The notes below the pieces were generated by a model that ran no database searches, was not told where the DNA came from, and saw only the letters and a list, made by a program, of their open reading frames with translations. A stretch of 64,000 nucleotides of DNA from assembly GCA_951406725.2 (NCBI GenBank), contig OX597815.1:89156001-89220000 (forward strand), given 5' to 3'. Shown here piece by piece: positions 1 through 12,499 of this stretch. The DNA is from Octopus vulgaris (taxonomy: Eukaryota). Every line of letters begins with the position of its first letter. The stretch's first letter is position 1. A program made the position numbers and the translations under genes.

Positions 1-337
1 TATAGGTCAGGGGCATAACACTTGTTCCTGACTAAAAGACAAAAAATACAAACGAATTGGTGCTGGCAGCAAGATAGAAGTAAGGAGACGCAGGGATAGA
101 TAAAAAGGTGTACATACACATAAGGAACTTATATTATTTTGGTTCTTAATATCAACGAGATTTGAGTTTAAGTTCATATAACGTGGTAAGAAGCATAGAC
201 GCTTCTTCTGGGAATATTCATTTCAGGAGATTGATCGCAGGCGGACCAGATCTTCTAACTACACGAAAATTCAAAACTTAATTTAGAATTTTTTTGACTT
301 CTTAATATATCATCTACAACTGCTTTGTATGTTTATA

Positions 338-339
<2 letters not shown>

Positions 340-390
<51 letters not shown>
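340..390. repeat. (CT)n microsatellite
   Basis: Pure ctct tract seen directly. Confidence 0.95.
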
Positions 391-394
<4 letters not shown>

Positions 395-1180
395 ACTCTG
401 ATCATTACCGACATCCAGTCATTTTCTATTTTTAATAGTAAATGTTTCTCTTAAAATATTTCTTTAGTCTCAGAAGAATTCGATCCAAAATTATTCTCTG
501 CAAAACAAGCTTATTCAAAGTCACCAATGTTATTGTATAGTTTTTACCGACGTAGATCATCACCAATTTTCTCGAAGTCGGTTTTAATTTTCTTCTGCTA
601 TATGACTTTGACCTGTCGACATCTACAAAACTTTGACATACAGCCTGTTTACAACATATAATTTATAAGTCACCGAATGATATATACATATTTTACCACA
701 GCGATTCACACCTTCACGTTGTGTCCAACTAAGTCGATATCTGTAGATTGGATATAATATTAGAATATTAGCAGATTCCGATATTTTTGTTGACATCAGC
801 AGATTATGCCTAAAATACTTTACTGATTGAATCAAATAATTCAATATTTATATATGATATCCCAACCAAGTCAAAATTGTGTAGTTATCTTCTTTTCGAT
901 GTCGACAGATCTTATCTACGCAATCAATATCGGCATACGTGTATGTCCATTTTCTGCCTGCAGACTCGGTTTTGGAAATGTGCAGCATATGCATAATGCG
1001 ATAAATCCATTATATACAGGGAAAAAAAACATGCATACATATAATTACATAACATACAGAGATGCATATATATTTGTGAGTGTGTATTTGTACACGGATG
1101 CATATGTAAGGGAGAGAGGTGGGGAAGAATTAGAGAATTGAATAGATTTGTAGAAAAACTGTGGAACAAAATTATACCTT

Positions 1181-1405
1181 TTTCTTTATTGCCCACAAGG
1201 GGCTAAACATAGAGGGGACAAACGAGGACAGACAAACGGAGTAAATCGATTACATCGACCCCAATGCGTAACTGGTGCTTAATTTATCGACCCCGAAAGG
1301 ATGAAAGGCAAAGTCGACCTCGGCGGAATTTGAACTCAGAACGCAGCGACAGACGAAATACCGCTAAGCATTTTGCCCGGCGTGCTAACGTTTCTACTAG
1401 GTCGC
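1181..1405 (-). mobile_element. SINE family A (tRNA-like head, core gtcgactttgcctttcatcctttcggggtcgataaa), near full length, tail type 1
   Basis: Reverse complement matches the copies at 6746-6970 and 8511-8655; B-box-like gagttcaaattcc; ends ...gccccttgtgggcaataaagaaa. Confidence 0.9.
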
Positions 1406-1652
1406 TGTTTTCAATTTTGTTCTCTGCAGAATTAAATTATACCTATTTATATGTCAGCGTGAATGGTATACATGCATATACATATATACACACACGCATG
1501 CAGACACAGATACACAGACACACGCACGCATACACACACAGATACGGACAGACACACACACACACATATAAATATTGGATGAGAAAGTCGAACAAAGAAC
1601 TCAATCCAAGGAAGATTACTAAATAACTACATACATAAATGTCTATACATGC

Positions 1653-1754
<102 letters not shown>

Positions 1755-2594
1755 ACACATATGCATATATGTATAATTATACATCAATCAAGATCATACA
1801 TATGTATATGTGTGAGACCACATTTTTATGTATGTGTGTGCGTATATATGTGTGCGTGTGTGTGAGTATATCTTTGTTCGTGTTCGTATAAATAAATATA
1901 TATATATATATATATATAGATAAATCAGTGTACTCATGTATGTCTGTGTGATCGTGTGCGTGTAAATACGCACACGCTCACACGCGTTCGTGCCTGCGTA
2001 CGCGCACACACACATATGTATACACGAATGTACACATACGCACATATGTAAACGGAAAGACGTGATGAATTTGTAATGACTATCTTGTATGACGTGTTAG
2101 TTTGAGTCTGGGTGTCATTGACTTAATTGGTTAAAATATAATGTTACACTAAAAGTAAACGGAGATATACATCATATGAGCTCTACTATGCAATTTATAA
2201 AGCAAAAAGTTGATATAGTAAGTGAAATGAGTATGGATGTGTTTTGACAAAGATGGATCTATTGTTTAATTTACAATTAGACTTTACTACTAGTATAATT
2301 ACGTGTTAGAGAAATACGTGTATATCTTTCATTAGGACAGTGAGTGAATAGTATACGTAAGGTCAACATTTACTACTTCATGCTCAATTCTAGCCCATCT
2401 AGATAACCTAAATCTTGAACGAATTATATGCGATTAAATTCACTGAATAAATCCAGCTCTCTACTTCATTCTGAGACATTTTAATAGAAAATTACTGGGT
2501 AAAAAATAGGATAAAATATTTTCAAACATGGATGAGCTATGACGAAAAAAGTCAAATTTGAGCAAACGCTGTAGTTTTATCTTTTATCTTTTAT

Positions 2595-2700
2595 TTTTTC
2601 AGTCATTTGACAGCGGCCATGCTGGGACATAGCGTTTTATTTAGTCGAATATATCGACCCAGTACTCATGTTTTTAAAGCCTGTTCCTTACTCAATCGGA
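2595..2700 (-). mobile_element. SINE family B 3' fragment
   Basis: ttcagtcatttgacagcggccatgctgg...tagtcgaatatatcgaccccagtact matches the start of 4755-5172 and 20705-21102. Confidence 0.7.
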
Positions 2701-3544
2701 TGTGAACCTCCCCCGAGATTGAGACACATTTTGAAACCAATATTTCACGTGTATTGAAACTTGATCGCACATTTTCTTATTCATGGATGTTTGTCAAATA
2801 AGGAAACGAAATGAAGAATGCCTCAATATTGTCACTAAGCATAACAACCAAGGCTCTCAAAAAAAAAAAAATAATAATCCTCTTTACACTCTGAATTATA
2901 TAAAGCTTAACTAAAAAGAAAACCTTTCTTCAAAGTATAATGTCTTCTTCAGTTTCAAGATAATTCCTTTAAGTACGATCTCAATTAGAAATGCGCATAA
3001 AAGGGTGCTATGCTGTCCTGAAAATGACCCTCAAAATTTAACCACATAGCTATAAAGGTACTGGAGCAAAATATTGGCTTCACTTTAGTATTTTCTCTAC
3101 TTTTTCCTGTCAGAAAATTGATATTATTTAAATTCAGATGACATCTTCTGATGCAATATGTTTAAGATTCCACATTTTGACCTGTACAGTTCCAGTTCCA
3201 ATATCCCCTTCACTGTGCAGATAGAAATTGTTCACTAATATTTTAGCGTGGCATTTAACAAGAGGATATATCCGTTTCGTTTCAAGAAATTTCGTAAAAA
3301 TTTGACTTCTGGATCAACGTACAATTTTTGAAACTATGTCAGCGAGTCATCGTATGACTTTTAGTAAAATATATACCGATTAGAATTCCCATTGGCTTTT
3401 TTCCTAGCTTACTTGTTTGACGTTTCATTAATCATAAATAAAAGCCTATAATTACAGTACTGGAAACTGGAAATTCGGGTATTATGAATTTTTATGTACT
3501 AAAAAGTTGAAAGAGTTACTACATTTCACATACAGATTTTTAAA

Positions 3545-3546
3545 AT

Positions 3547-3577
<31 letters not shown>

Positions 3578-3578
3578 T

Positions 3579-3673
<95 letters not shown>

Positions 3674-3720
3674 TATCATCATTATTATTGTTGTCGTCAT
3701 CATCATCATCATCATCATCA
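3545..3720. repeat. Compound (TTTA)n/(TTA)n/(CAT)n microsatellite
   Basis: Seen directly; explains the poly-L and poly-N ORFs. Confidence 0.95.
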
Positions 3721-3727
3721 GTATTCT

Positions 3728-3985
3728 TCTTCTGAAAGAAGCCCGTCGTGTATATGTATACATGTATATGCCTGTGTGTGTCCTTGTGTTTGTGTTTGTC
3801 CAATCACTGCTTCACAACCGATGTTAGTGTGTCTACATTCTCGTAACTTTGTAGTTCGGCCCCCACCCCCCAAAAAAGCAATATTATAAGTACTAGGTTT
3901 AATATATAAGCCCTGGGCTAGATTTGTTCGACAAAAACCCTTCATGGCGGTGCTCCAGCACGACCGCTGAAACAAGTTGCAGAAT
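3728..3985 (+). mobile_element. SINE family B, 3' half, diverged
   Basis: ctgaaagaagcccgtcgtg...cacaaccgatgttagtgtg...ggcggtgctccagca...gaaacaag is the reverse complement of family B sequence at 4755-5172. Confidence 0.75.
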
Positions 3986-4189
3986 AAAATTTACTATATA
4001 TATATATAGCTCACAAACAAACAAAAAGGAACGCAGTGTAAATAACGGACAAAGTCAAGACTATTGAAAAGGTTGCAAGACGCCACGAAAATTTTAGGAA
4101 AATAAAAATAAGAAATAAGTGGAAATTTTACCGGTGAGTGTGTTACATTATAAGGCACAAAAAGAAAATGACTCTCCCCAGACACAACA

Positions 4190-4235
<46 letters not shown>

Positions 4236-4671
4236 GGCTTGGACCAATCTTTGGTCTAAACATATCTAAGTTTATGTACAGGTGTAAATTCATCAGGGCC
4301 GTTTCAAGCGACTTCTTCATTGATTAATGAAAACATTATATCATCTGAAAGAAACCGTTCTCGTCAGATGACCACATAGACTTAAAACATAAAGGATAAA
4401 ACCAATGCTTTAACATATTCATATCAATAGTGGTATTCAAAATATTTACGTCGTTTCTGCTGTCATAGCTCTACCAGAACATATATATATATGTGTGTGT
4501 ATGTGTGTGTGTAAGTGCGTATAAATGTTTGTACGCAGGTACATGTGAATGTTTGCGTATGTATCTAAATGAAGTGAAGTGTGATTCACTTGCAGAGCAG
4601 AGAAGAAAGGTTTTGAGGTAAAGATAAAGAATTGATAATTGACAGGGGAAATATTCTCAAATATGCAATAC

Positions 4672-4733
<62 letters not shown>

Positions 4734-4754
4734 TCTTACTCTTACTCTTTTACT

Positions 4755-4969
4755 CTTTTACTTGTTTCAGTCATTTGACTGCGGTCATGCTGGAGCACCG
4801 CTTTAGTCGAGCAAATCGACCCCGAGACTTATTTTTTGTAAGCCCAGGACTTATTATATCGGTCTCTTTTGCCGAACCGCTAAGTGACGGGGACGTAAAC
4901 ACACACCAGCATCGGTTGTCAAGCAATGCTATGGGACAAACACAGACACACAAACACACACACACATAC

Positions 4970-5009
<40 letters not shown>

Positions 5010-5172
5010 GACAGGCTTCTTTCAGTTTCCGTCTACCAAATCCACTCACAAGGCATTGGTCGGCCCGGGGCTATAGCAGAAGACTATTGCCCAAGATGTC
5101 ACGCAGTGGGATTGAACCCAGAACCATGTGGTTGGTTAGCAAGCTACTTACCACACAGCCACTCCTGCGCCT
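4755..5172 (-). mobile_element. SINE family B (tRNA-derived head, CORE-like cttgggca motif, internal TA/CA microsatellite), full length
   Basis: Minus strand begins aggcgcaggagtggctgtgtggtaag (A-box) with gggttcaatccc (B-box); highly similar to 20705-21102; short (agagtaa)n tail. Confidence 0.92.
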
Positions 5173-5688
5173 ATATATATATATATATATATATAAATAC
5201 AAAATGGGACAAGAACGCAAAACATTCAAATAGACGATACAAAAAACACGGACGGGTCATTCGAAGCTTCTAATCTTCAGTCAAGAACCGGATCATCCTC
5301 GCAATATCGGCAGATAAATCTTGAATGTTTTGCGTTCTTGTCCTTTTTGTACTTTTATATATATATATTATTGCGGCGTACGTACACCTTATTCTCTAAT
5401 ATATATATATATATACATATATACTTAGGTACACACACACAAGCACACACATACACATACACACACACGCATATATATTTATATAAATGTTATGCACCAT
5501 TTTATTTACGAGTACGTGTGGTAAAAATCCGAGCGTGTGTCCGGACAGAATACATTCGATTGTACACTGTCTAAATATAAGAGCTACTTATAATTTCTTG
5601 CTATGAAGACAGGTGGCTTGTCATGTATCCTCATAGAAAGAAACTATTAGTAGCTTTTATCTTTATAGATGTACATTAAATGTACATT

Positions 5689-5975
<287 letters not shown>

Positions 5976-6745
5976 CATAATGTGAATGTCAACAGTATAT
6001 TTGCAAGTGAATTACCATTATATGCTACTATATTTTATTATATTCTTGCACTAAAGATGAAATTATTTTATACTTATCGAACTCTTTATTGTTTCGATAT
6101 ATACAACATTTTTGGCAATGTCTTTAAGATATACGACAATATAATTGATAACAGACTTTATGTCTGTTTACTGATTGTAAATTGCATCTTGTAGTGTGTG
6201 TGTGTGTGTGTATTTGTGTGTGCGTGTTTATGCGTGTGTATTTGTATGCGTCTTTGTATCTCTGTTTGTTCCTCTCCACCGCTTGAGAACTGGTGTTGGC
6301 GCGGTTACTTAGTGTAGATACACGTTATGAGTTCAAATACCACCGAGGAAAGTGTGTAGCTGCAAATATCATCTAATGATTCACTGACATATTTTCAGAA
6401 ATGATATCTCAACCCAGAAACCAAATTTTGTTAAATTTCTTAGAACGAAACGGATACGCCCCTTTTACGTTCTGAGAACAAATTCCCCCGAGCTCGATTT
6501 GCCTTTCATCTTTTCTGGGTCATAAAATACGTACCAGCTGAGCACTGGGGTTGATCTAACTGACTTAATGGTAAATTACTGGCTTTGTTCTAAAAATTGA
6601 AACTAACATCAACTTGTGGTACAAGTCTTTTCATTGTAACTTTTTGTTTGTGAATCAATAAAAAAATTATAGCATAATACTCCATATTTCTTTTCCCACA
6701 TAACATTCTGCACTACCATAACTCAGATAACATGCTCGTGTTCTA

Positions 6746-7170
6746 AGGAGGAGAGCTGGTAGAAACGTTAGCACGCCGGGCGAAATACTTAGCGGTATTT
6801 CGTCTGCCGTTACGTTCTGAGTTCAAATTACGCCGAGGTCGACTTTGCCTTTCATCCTTTCGGGGTCGATTAAATAAGTGCCAGTTACAACTTAATAATC
6901 GACTTAATCCGTTTGTCTGTCCTTGTCTGTCTCCTCTGTGTGTAGCCCTTGTGGGCAGTAAAGAAATAAAAAGTGTTAGCACGCCGGGCGGAATGCTTAG
7001 CAGTAGTTCTTCTGTCTTTTCGTTCAGAGTTCAAATTCCGCCGAGGTCGATTTTGCCTTTCATCCTTTCGGGTTCGATAGATTAAGTGCCAATTGCGTGC
7101 TGGGGTCGATCTAATCGACTAGTCCTCTCCTCCAAAATTTCAAGCCTTGTGCCTAGAGTAGAAAAGAATA
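6746..7170 (+). mobile_element. Tandem pair of SINE family A copies (tail type 1, then tail type 2)
   Basis: Two consecutive copies of gttagcacgccgggcg...gtcgactttgcctttcatcctttcggg; first ends aaagaaataa at ~6969, second ends gtgcctagagtagaaaagaat at ~7169. Confidence 0.9.
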
Positions 7171-7194
7171 TGCAAATATTATTTTATCTTTTAT

Positions 7195-7605
7195 GTTTTA
7201 CTTATTTCACTCATTAGACTGTGGCCATGCTGGGATACCTCGTGAAGAATTTTTAGTCGGATGAATGGACCCCAGTACTTTTTTAAAGCCTTGTACTTAT
7301 TCTGTTGATACTCGTTGCCGAACTGCTAGGTTATGGAAAGTAAACACACCAACATCAGTTCTCAAGTACTGGTGATGAACAAGCAGAAATACAGACACAC
7401 ATATGCACACACATACGCACGCATGTTCACACACACACACAAATGACGGGTTTCACTCAGGTTCCATCTACCAATTCCACTCACAAGGCTTTGGTGGGAC
7501 CAAGGCCATTGTAGAAGATACCTGCCCAAAATGCCACGCAGTGGAACTGAACCCAGAGCCTTGTGCGTAGGGACCAAGCTTCTTACCATACAGCCTCGCC
7601 TGCGC
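7195..7605 (-). mobile_element. SINE family B-related copy, diverged
   Basis: Collinear with 4755-5172 (gactgtggccatgctgg...ccactcacaaggctttggt...gccacgcagtggaactgaaccc). Confidence 0.85.
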
Positions 7606-8159
7606 GCAAACATTCACATATTTTATTACAGGTACACACAATAACGTCCCTACTCAGGGAATGTGTTCAAACGTGTATTTGCTTGTGAGTAGGGCTATGC
7701 CTGTGTTAGTGCAGTCGCCTGATGGCATCGTATGAGCGCGCGCGCGCGTATTTGTGTGTGTGTGTGTGTGTGTGTGTGCATGTGTGTGTCTGTGTTTGTA
7801 GAAATATCGCGAAACTTTTATTGTTCTATGAATATATTATTGCTAATGTGTCATCAGGGAATAAGATAGGAAGGGGCAGAAAGACGGAGAGAGAAAGAGA
7901 GAGAGAGAGAAAGAGAAAGAGAGAGAGAGGTGGGTATGCAGAGGAGAGGCTGGGAGAGTAAGAGATAAGAAGAGTGAAAGTATAATCGTTATATAATACA
8001 ATAATATGTACGAGGGTGCAAAATATATTGTCCTTGATACGACATCTTAAATTCGATTATTTTATCATTTTGGCGTATAAGGTTAGTCATCCGAGTCCCT
8101 GTGTGATACTTCCCACGATCATTTTAGAAAATTAATACAGGATATTAATGTTGATTACA

Positions 8160-8365
8160 AAATTTGGCCCAAGGCCAGCAGTTTTGTGTGAGGTGATATG
8201 TCGAATACATCGACTATAATACTCAACTGGTATTTATCTTATGGAACCTCTAAAGGGATGAAAGACAAAGTGGACATCGGCGGAGTTTCAACTCAGAGCG
8301 TGAAAAGAGACGAAACGCCGCCGAGCATTTCGCCTGTCGTGCTAACGTTTCTGTTAGCTTGTCGT
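8160..8365 (-). mobile_element. SINE family A, diverged, tail type 3
   Basis: gggatgaaagacaaagtggacatcggcggagtttcaactcagag...gtgctaacgtttctg. Confidence 0.8.
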
Positions 8366-8383
8366 CTTTCTTCATATATACAT

Positions 8384-8655
8384 ATTCTTTTCTACTCTAG
8401 GCACAAGACCCGAAATTTTGGGGGTGAGAGCCAGTCGATTAGATCGACCTCAGAACGCAACTGGTACGTAATTTATCGACCCGAAAGGACGATAGGCAAA
8501 GTCGACCTCGCCGAAGTCGACTTTGCCTTTCATCCTTTCGGGGTCGATAAATTAAGTACCAGTTACGCACTGGGGTCGATGTAATCGACTTAATCCGTTT
8601 GTATGTCCTTGCTTGTTCCCTCTGTGTTTAGCCCCTTGTGGGTAGTAAAGAAAAA
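8384..8655. mobile_element. Two 5'-truncated SINE A copies joined head-to-head (minus 8384-8510, plus 8511-8655)
   Basis: ggcaaagtcgacctcg|ccgaagtcgactttgcc junction with inverted flanks. Confidence 0.88.
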
Positions 8656-9899
8656 TATATTCATATTATGAAGAATATACTAAGAACAATGAAAATTTCG
8701 TTCGCTGGTTTTGGAGAGTTATCCACGATGAACATATTCATAATTCATATAATTAGGTTGCTCTGTTACGCATATTATTGAAGAGTGTTTTTTTGTTGTT
8801 GTAGCGTCAGTTTGCAATTATCATCATGGTAATAATGTGTCCTTCTAGAAAGTGAAAGTACAATGCCTGAAAATGTGAAAATTCTGACGATATCGTCGTT
8901 GCTGATAAAACGGTTGATTGTGGAAATCGTTATGATGTTGCTAACAATATTAGTATGTATTGCTGTATTACTATTCGTTAATGATTACTACGGTTACGAA
9001 ATTGCCATTAACTGTGATTTTATGCATAGTTTTTAATAAACCCCATCAACAGCGAAAGAAATATATGCATTTATGCATTTGGAACAGTATTCTGTTAAAA
9101 AAATAACGAGATGTATATCATTTATATTATATTCATAAGCGCTAGCAGTAGGATTATGCTTCAAAGAAAGTTTTCTTTAGAACTTTGTAATTTAACTACA
9201 GAGTATGTTTCAAATAGCACTGGAGGGCCTTCAGACACAGGTGTTTCCGTTTAAGATTTGTTTCCTCAGGGACAGAAACCTCCAGTCGTTCCGTTTGACG
9301 TATTTTTCAAAGTAAACATTTAATGATTTATGGGGACACAGGCCAGGATTAAGTCAAATTCCTGCATTCTGTAGTCGAAGCCGAAAGGCTGCAGATGGCG
9401 AGACTAGTCACTGAGGAGATGTAATTTAGTCAAAGGATCACTGTGCGACAACTCTTCTCTACCCTTATCCAAAGCATGCTCGTTTTCTATACAAAATCTT
9501 CAAAGAGAAATTCCCCTAACACAAAAATTTGCAGCTAACGCCGTTCTACTATCGTAAATACATTATAAATGATAGGCACATCGGTATCTTAATAACGAAA
9601 TTTGATATGGCACTATAAAGTATTACATATAGTTATTGTAATAGTTGAATAAAGTCTATATTGAATTGACGTAATTCCGACATATTTACTCTATATTATT
9701 ATAAAATACAATTTTGCTTTATACATGATTTAAGGCACGAACTTAATATAAAAAAGATCGATTTCAGTTTTTCTCAGGGGCGTCGAGAAAGCGAGTCATA
9801 CATTTGATTTCCGGTTTAAATCATTTCATTTCAGTAACTTGAATAATGACTTAGATAAAACTGATGTAATCTCCTGATACACATATGGAATGAAAGCTA

Positions 9900-10900
9900 C
9901 TGTGCTTTACAAAAAGTAAGACGAATAATTAGTTTCTTTCCCTCCTTATGACATATCATCGCCGCGTTATAAGAAGTCCTTTGCCATGGGGTAGCTCCCA
10001 CAAGGATATTCAACCTTCTTAGAAATAGCCGCCAATATATATAAAAATGGTATCTCATGGCAGGAAAGCTTGTGATCATAGGTTAGCAAAATGAAGACTT
10101 GATTGTGCATAAACAACACCATGATTATCTACCCAGTTAGATACCAACATTTGGGTACTTTTACTTGTCTACTCTATTACAAGCATTCAGGCTGCTGTCC
10201 TGATTCTTTTCCTTTGCAGATTTTATTTGGGAGATATTCGAGTTGGGCAACCGGCTGCATAAATCCCATCAGTCTGAAAGTACAGCAAAGTTCATGCATG
10301 CTACTGGATTTTACTTCTGACCAAATATATAAAATAACATTGCTAAAGCAGAAATGACTTAGTCGATCACATTAATATCAGAAGTTGTTTCATTCGACAG
10401 ACTGGTGATTTCCTCTGATGTCAAACTGTTAAGTACATGATAGTTAAACTTCCTCCTTCGGTCACAAAGATTTACATTTCTTTGCAGACAGAAAGGAACA
10501 GATGAGTGTAAAACGATATCTCTTTCGTCAAAGTGCATTACACAAATGCTGAATTGATTTATATCATCACAATAGCTACCATTACACAACTATGTGACTA
10601 CTGAGTTGTCGAGTGCAAAGTAACCTGGCCTAGGAGATGTTGTAGTGTGGTGCCGACTGCCCATCTGATTATTCCATGTTTAGTTGACTCAGCTAGCGGC
10701 ATTATCACGGACATATTACTAGAACAGTTTCTTCTTTTATTAATTATAGCCATCCGCCGTAAACGTTTTCATGCTCACAAATACTCTGCACCAGAATGTC
10801 TGCAATTCGACAACTGGCTAAACAAATCAAAGAACAGGAAACAATAAAATCACTTTAGTAACATCAGTGAAACAACCTAGGAGTCAGTCTGTACTGACAG
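9900..10900 (-). mobile_element. Highly decayed hAT-type (Tip100/ZMYM-like) transposase relic
   Basis: Manual translation across frameshifts gives CNGSYCDDINQFSICVMHFD (like D-T-D...EQLSICVRYVD), YPNVGI, and LAAISKKVE (like hATC LAxISIE) in the expected order. Confidence 0.45.
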
Positions 10901-11249
10901 TAGACATGGATTTCTTTTACTGTAGTTTACTTGTAGTGAAAAACATTGTATCACTGTTTTGTAATGGTGATATATGCAAGCATGCGCACACACACGCGCG
11001 CACTCACATACACGCAAATACTAATACACATGAACATATATGTATAGACAAGCAATTCAAATACACGGCAGTACTGGCTCGTAAATCACTAGACATCCGA
11101 TATAAGCTGAATGTATGCATATGTATTAATGTGCGCGTGTGTGTGTCTGTATACGTATTTGTGATTGTGATTGTGGAATGTTTTAAAGGTCACACCATCT
11201 ACATGCTTACCCATAATTATATACAGGCATTTACGCACATATAGCACAT

Positions 11250-11290
11250 AAATACATACACATACATACATACATACATACATACATACA

Positions 11291-11324
<34 letters not shown>

Positions 11325-11382
11325 CATACATGCATGCATGCATGCATGCATGCATACATACATACATACATACATACATACA

Positions 11383-11418
<36 letters not shown>

Positions 11419-11425
11419 TATATAT
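11250..11425. repeat. (ATAC)n/(ATGC)n microsatellite
   Basis: Seen directly. Confidence 0.95.
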
Positions 11426-12249
11426 AATAAAATATAAACCAAGAGGAATAACTCAAATTCGCCAATGCCATGAATTTAGATAACTGTATTTGCGTGTGAA
11501 TATGCATATGAGTGTATATATGTGTATGTTCATGGGTGAAGATTTATCAGTTAATGCTGTTCTATTATATGTATTTATGAAGTTACCAGAAAGATGGAGA
11601 ATGTCAGCCATCGGAAATTCAACTTCGTTTTCAGATATTCGTAACATGGGCCTGATATATTGTAAGAAACCTGACCCTGACATTGTTTTCCTGTTAATCT
11701 CAACTAGTTTTCCCGTGCTGTATAGTGTGTATTAGTGTGTGCATGTAGTGTATGTGTGTGGTGGTATGTGTATGGTGTGTATGTGTGTGTGTTTGCGTGT
11801 TCGTGTGTGTCGTCAGTTCTACTAACAATCCTGAACTGAATCCCATCTGACATGTCTTGCTATCTCTTATCAAAATTCGAAATTCAGCTTTAACCACACT
11901 GGTGATATATTAGAGCTTGTCACGATTCTAAAAGGAAAGAATACAAGCTTGTTACGTATTTAGATTTATGGTTGGTGGTGTCGGGGTGCTATCGTAGATA
12001 TTAGAGTTGGAGATGGAAAGTCAAAGTAAAAGTTGAACATTCGAAGTCTGTGGGTGATCGTCAAGCAATAGCTATTTGAAATTTGTACAATGTACGTTGC
12101 TCGCAATGATTGTGGCGAGCGTAGTTCCAAGCAGGAATGTCATTGATTTAAGCTATCAATATAGTAGCGATTGCAAATAGTACATAATATACGAGAAGTA
12201 TTCCAATATAAGCATATTGTTGAAATAAGAATTATGAAATGAACGAAAT

Positions 12250-12367
12250 ATACATGCATACATACATACATACATACATACATACATACATACAAACATA
12301 CATACAAACATGCATGCATACATACATACATACATACATACATACATACATACATACATACATACAT
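12250..12367. repeat. (ATAC)n microsatellite
   Basis: Seen directly. Confidence 0.95.
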
Positions 12368-12499
12368 AATGGTTTTATTTGCTTTATTGGTTTTAACCAA
12401 AGACCGAGGCCTTGCTGGAGCACCACTTTTCAGTGTCATTAGGTTTCTTTTCAGTATTGTTTTAGATGAAGTAGCGAGTTGAACGGAGCTGCTTTTCTT

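Noticed and set aside
1320-1405. tRNA-like A/B-box segments in SINE heads (also 5100-5172, 55938-56010)
   Set aside because: No complete cloverleaf; each is continuous with a SINE body.
4775-5273. ORFs of 115-152 aa recurring with similar peptide at 20873 and 51558
   Set aside because: They are translations of SINE family B copies, not a gene family.
5262-5285. CTGAAGA...GAA hammerhead-like motif on the minus strand
   Set aside because: No GAAA and no stem I pairing in register.
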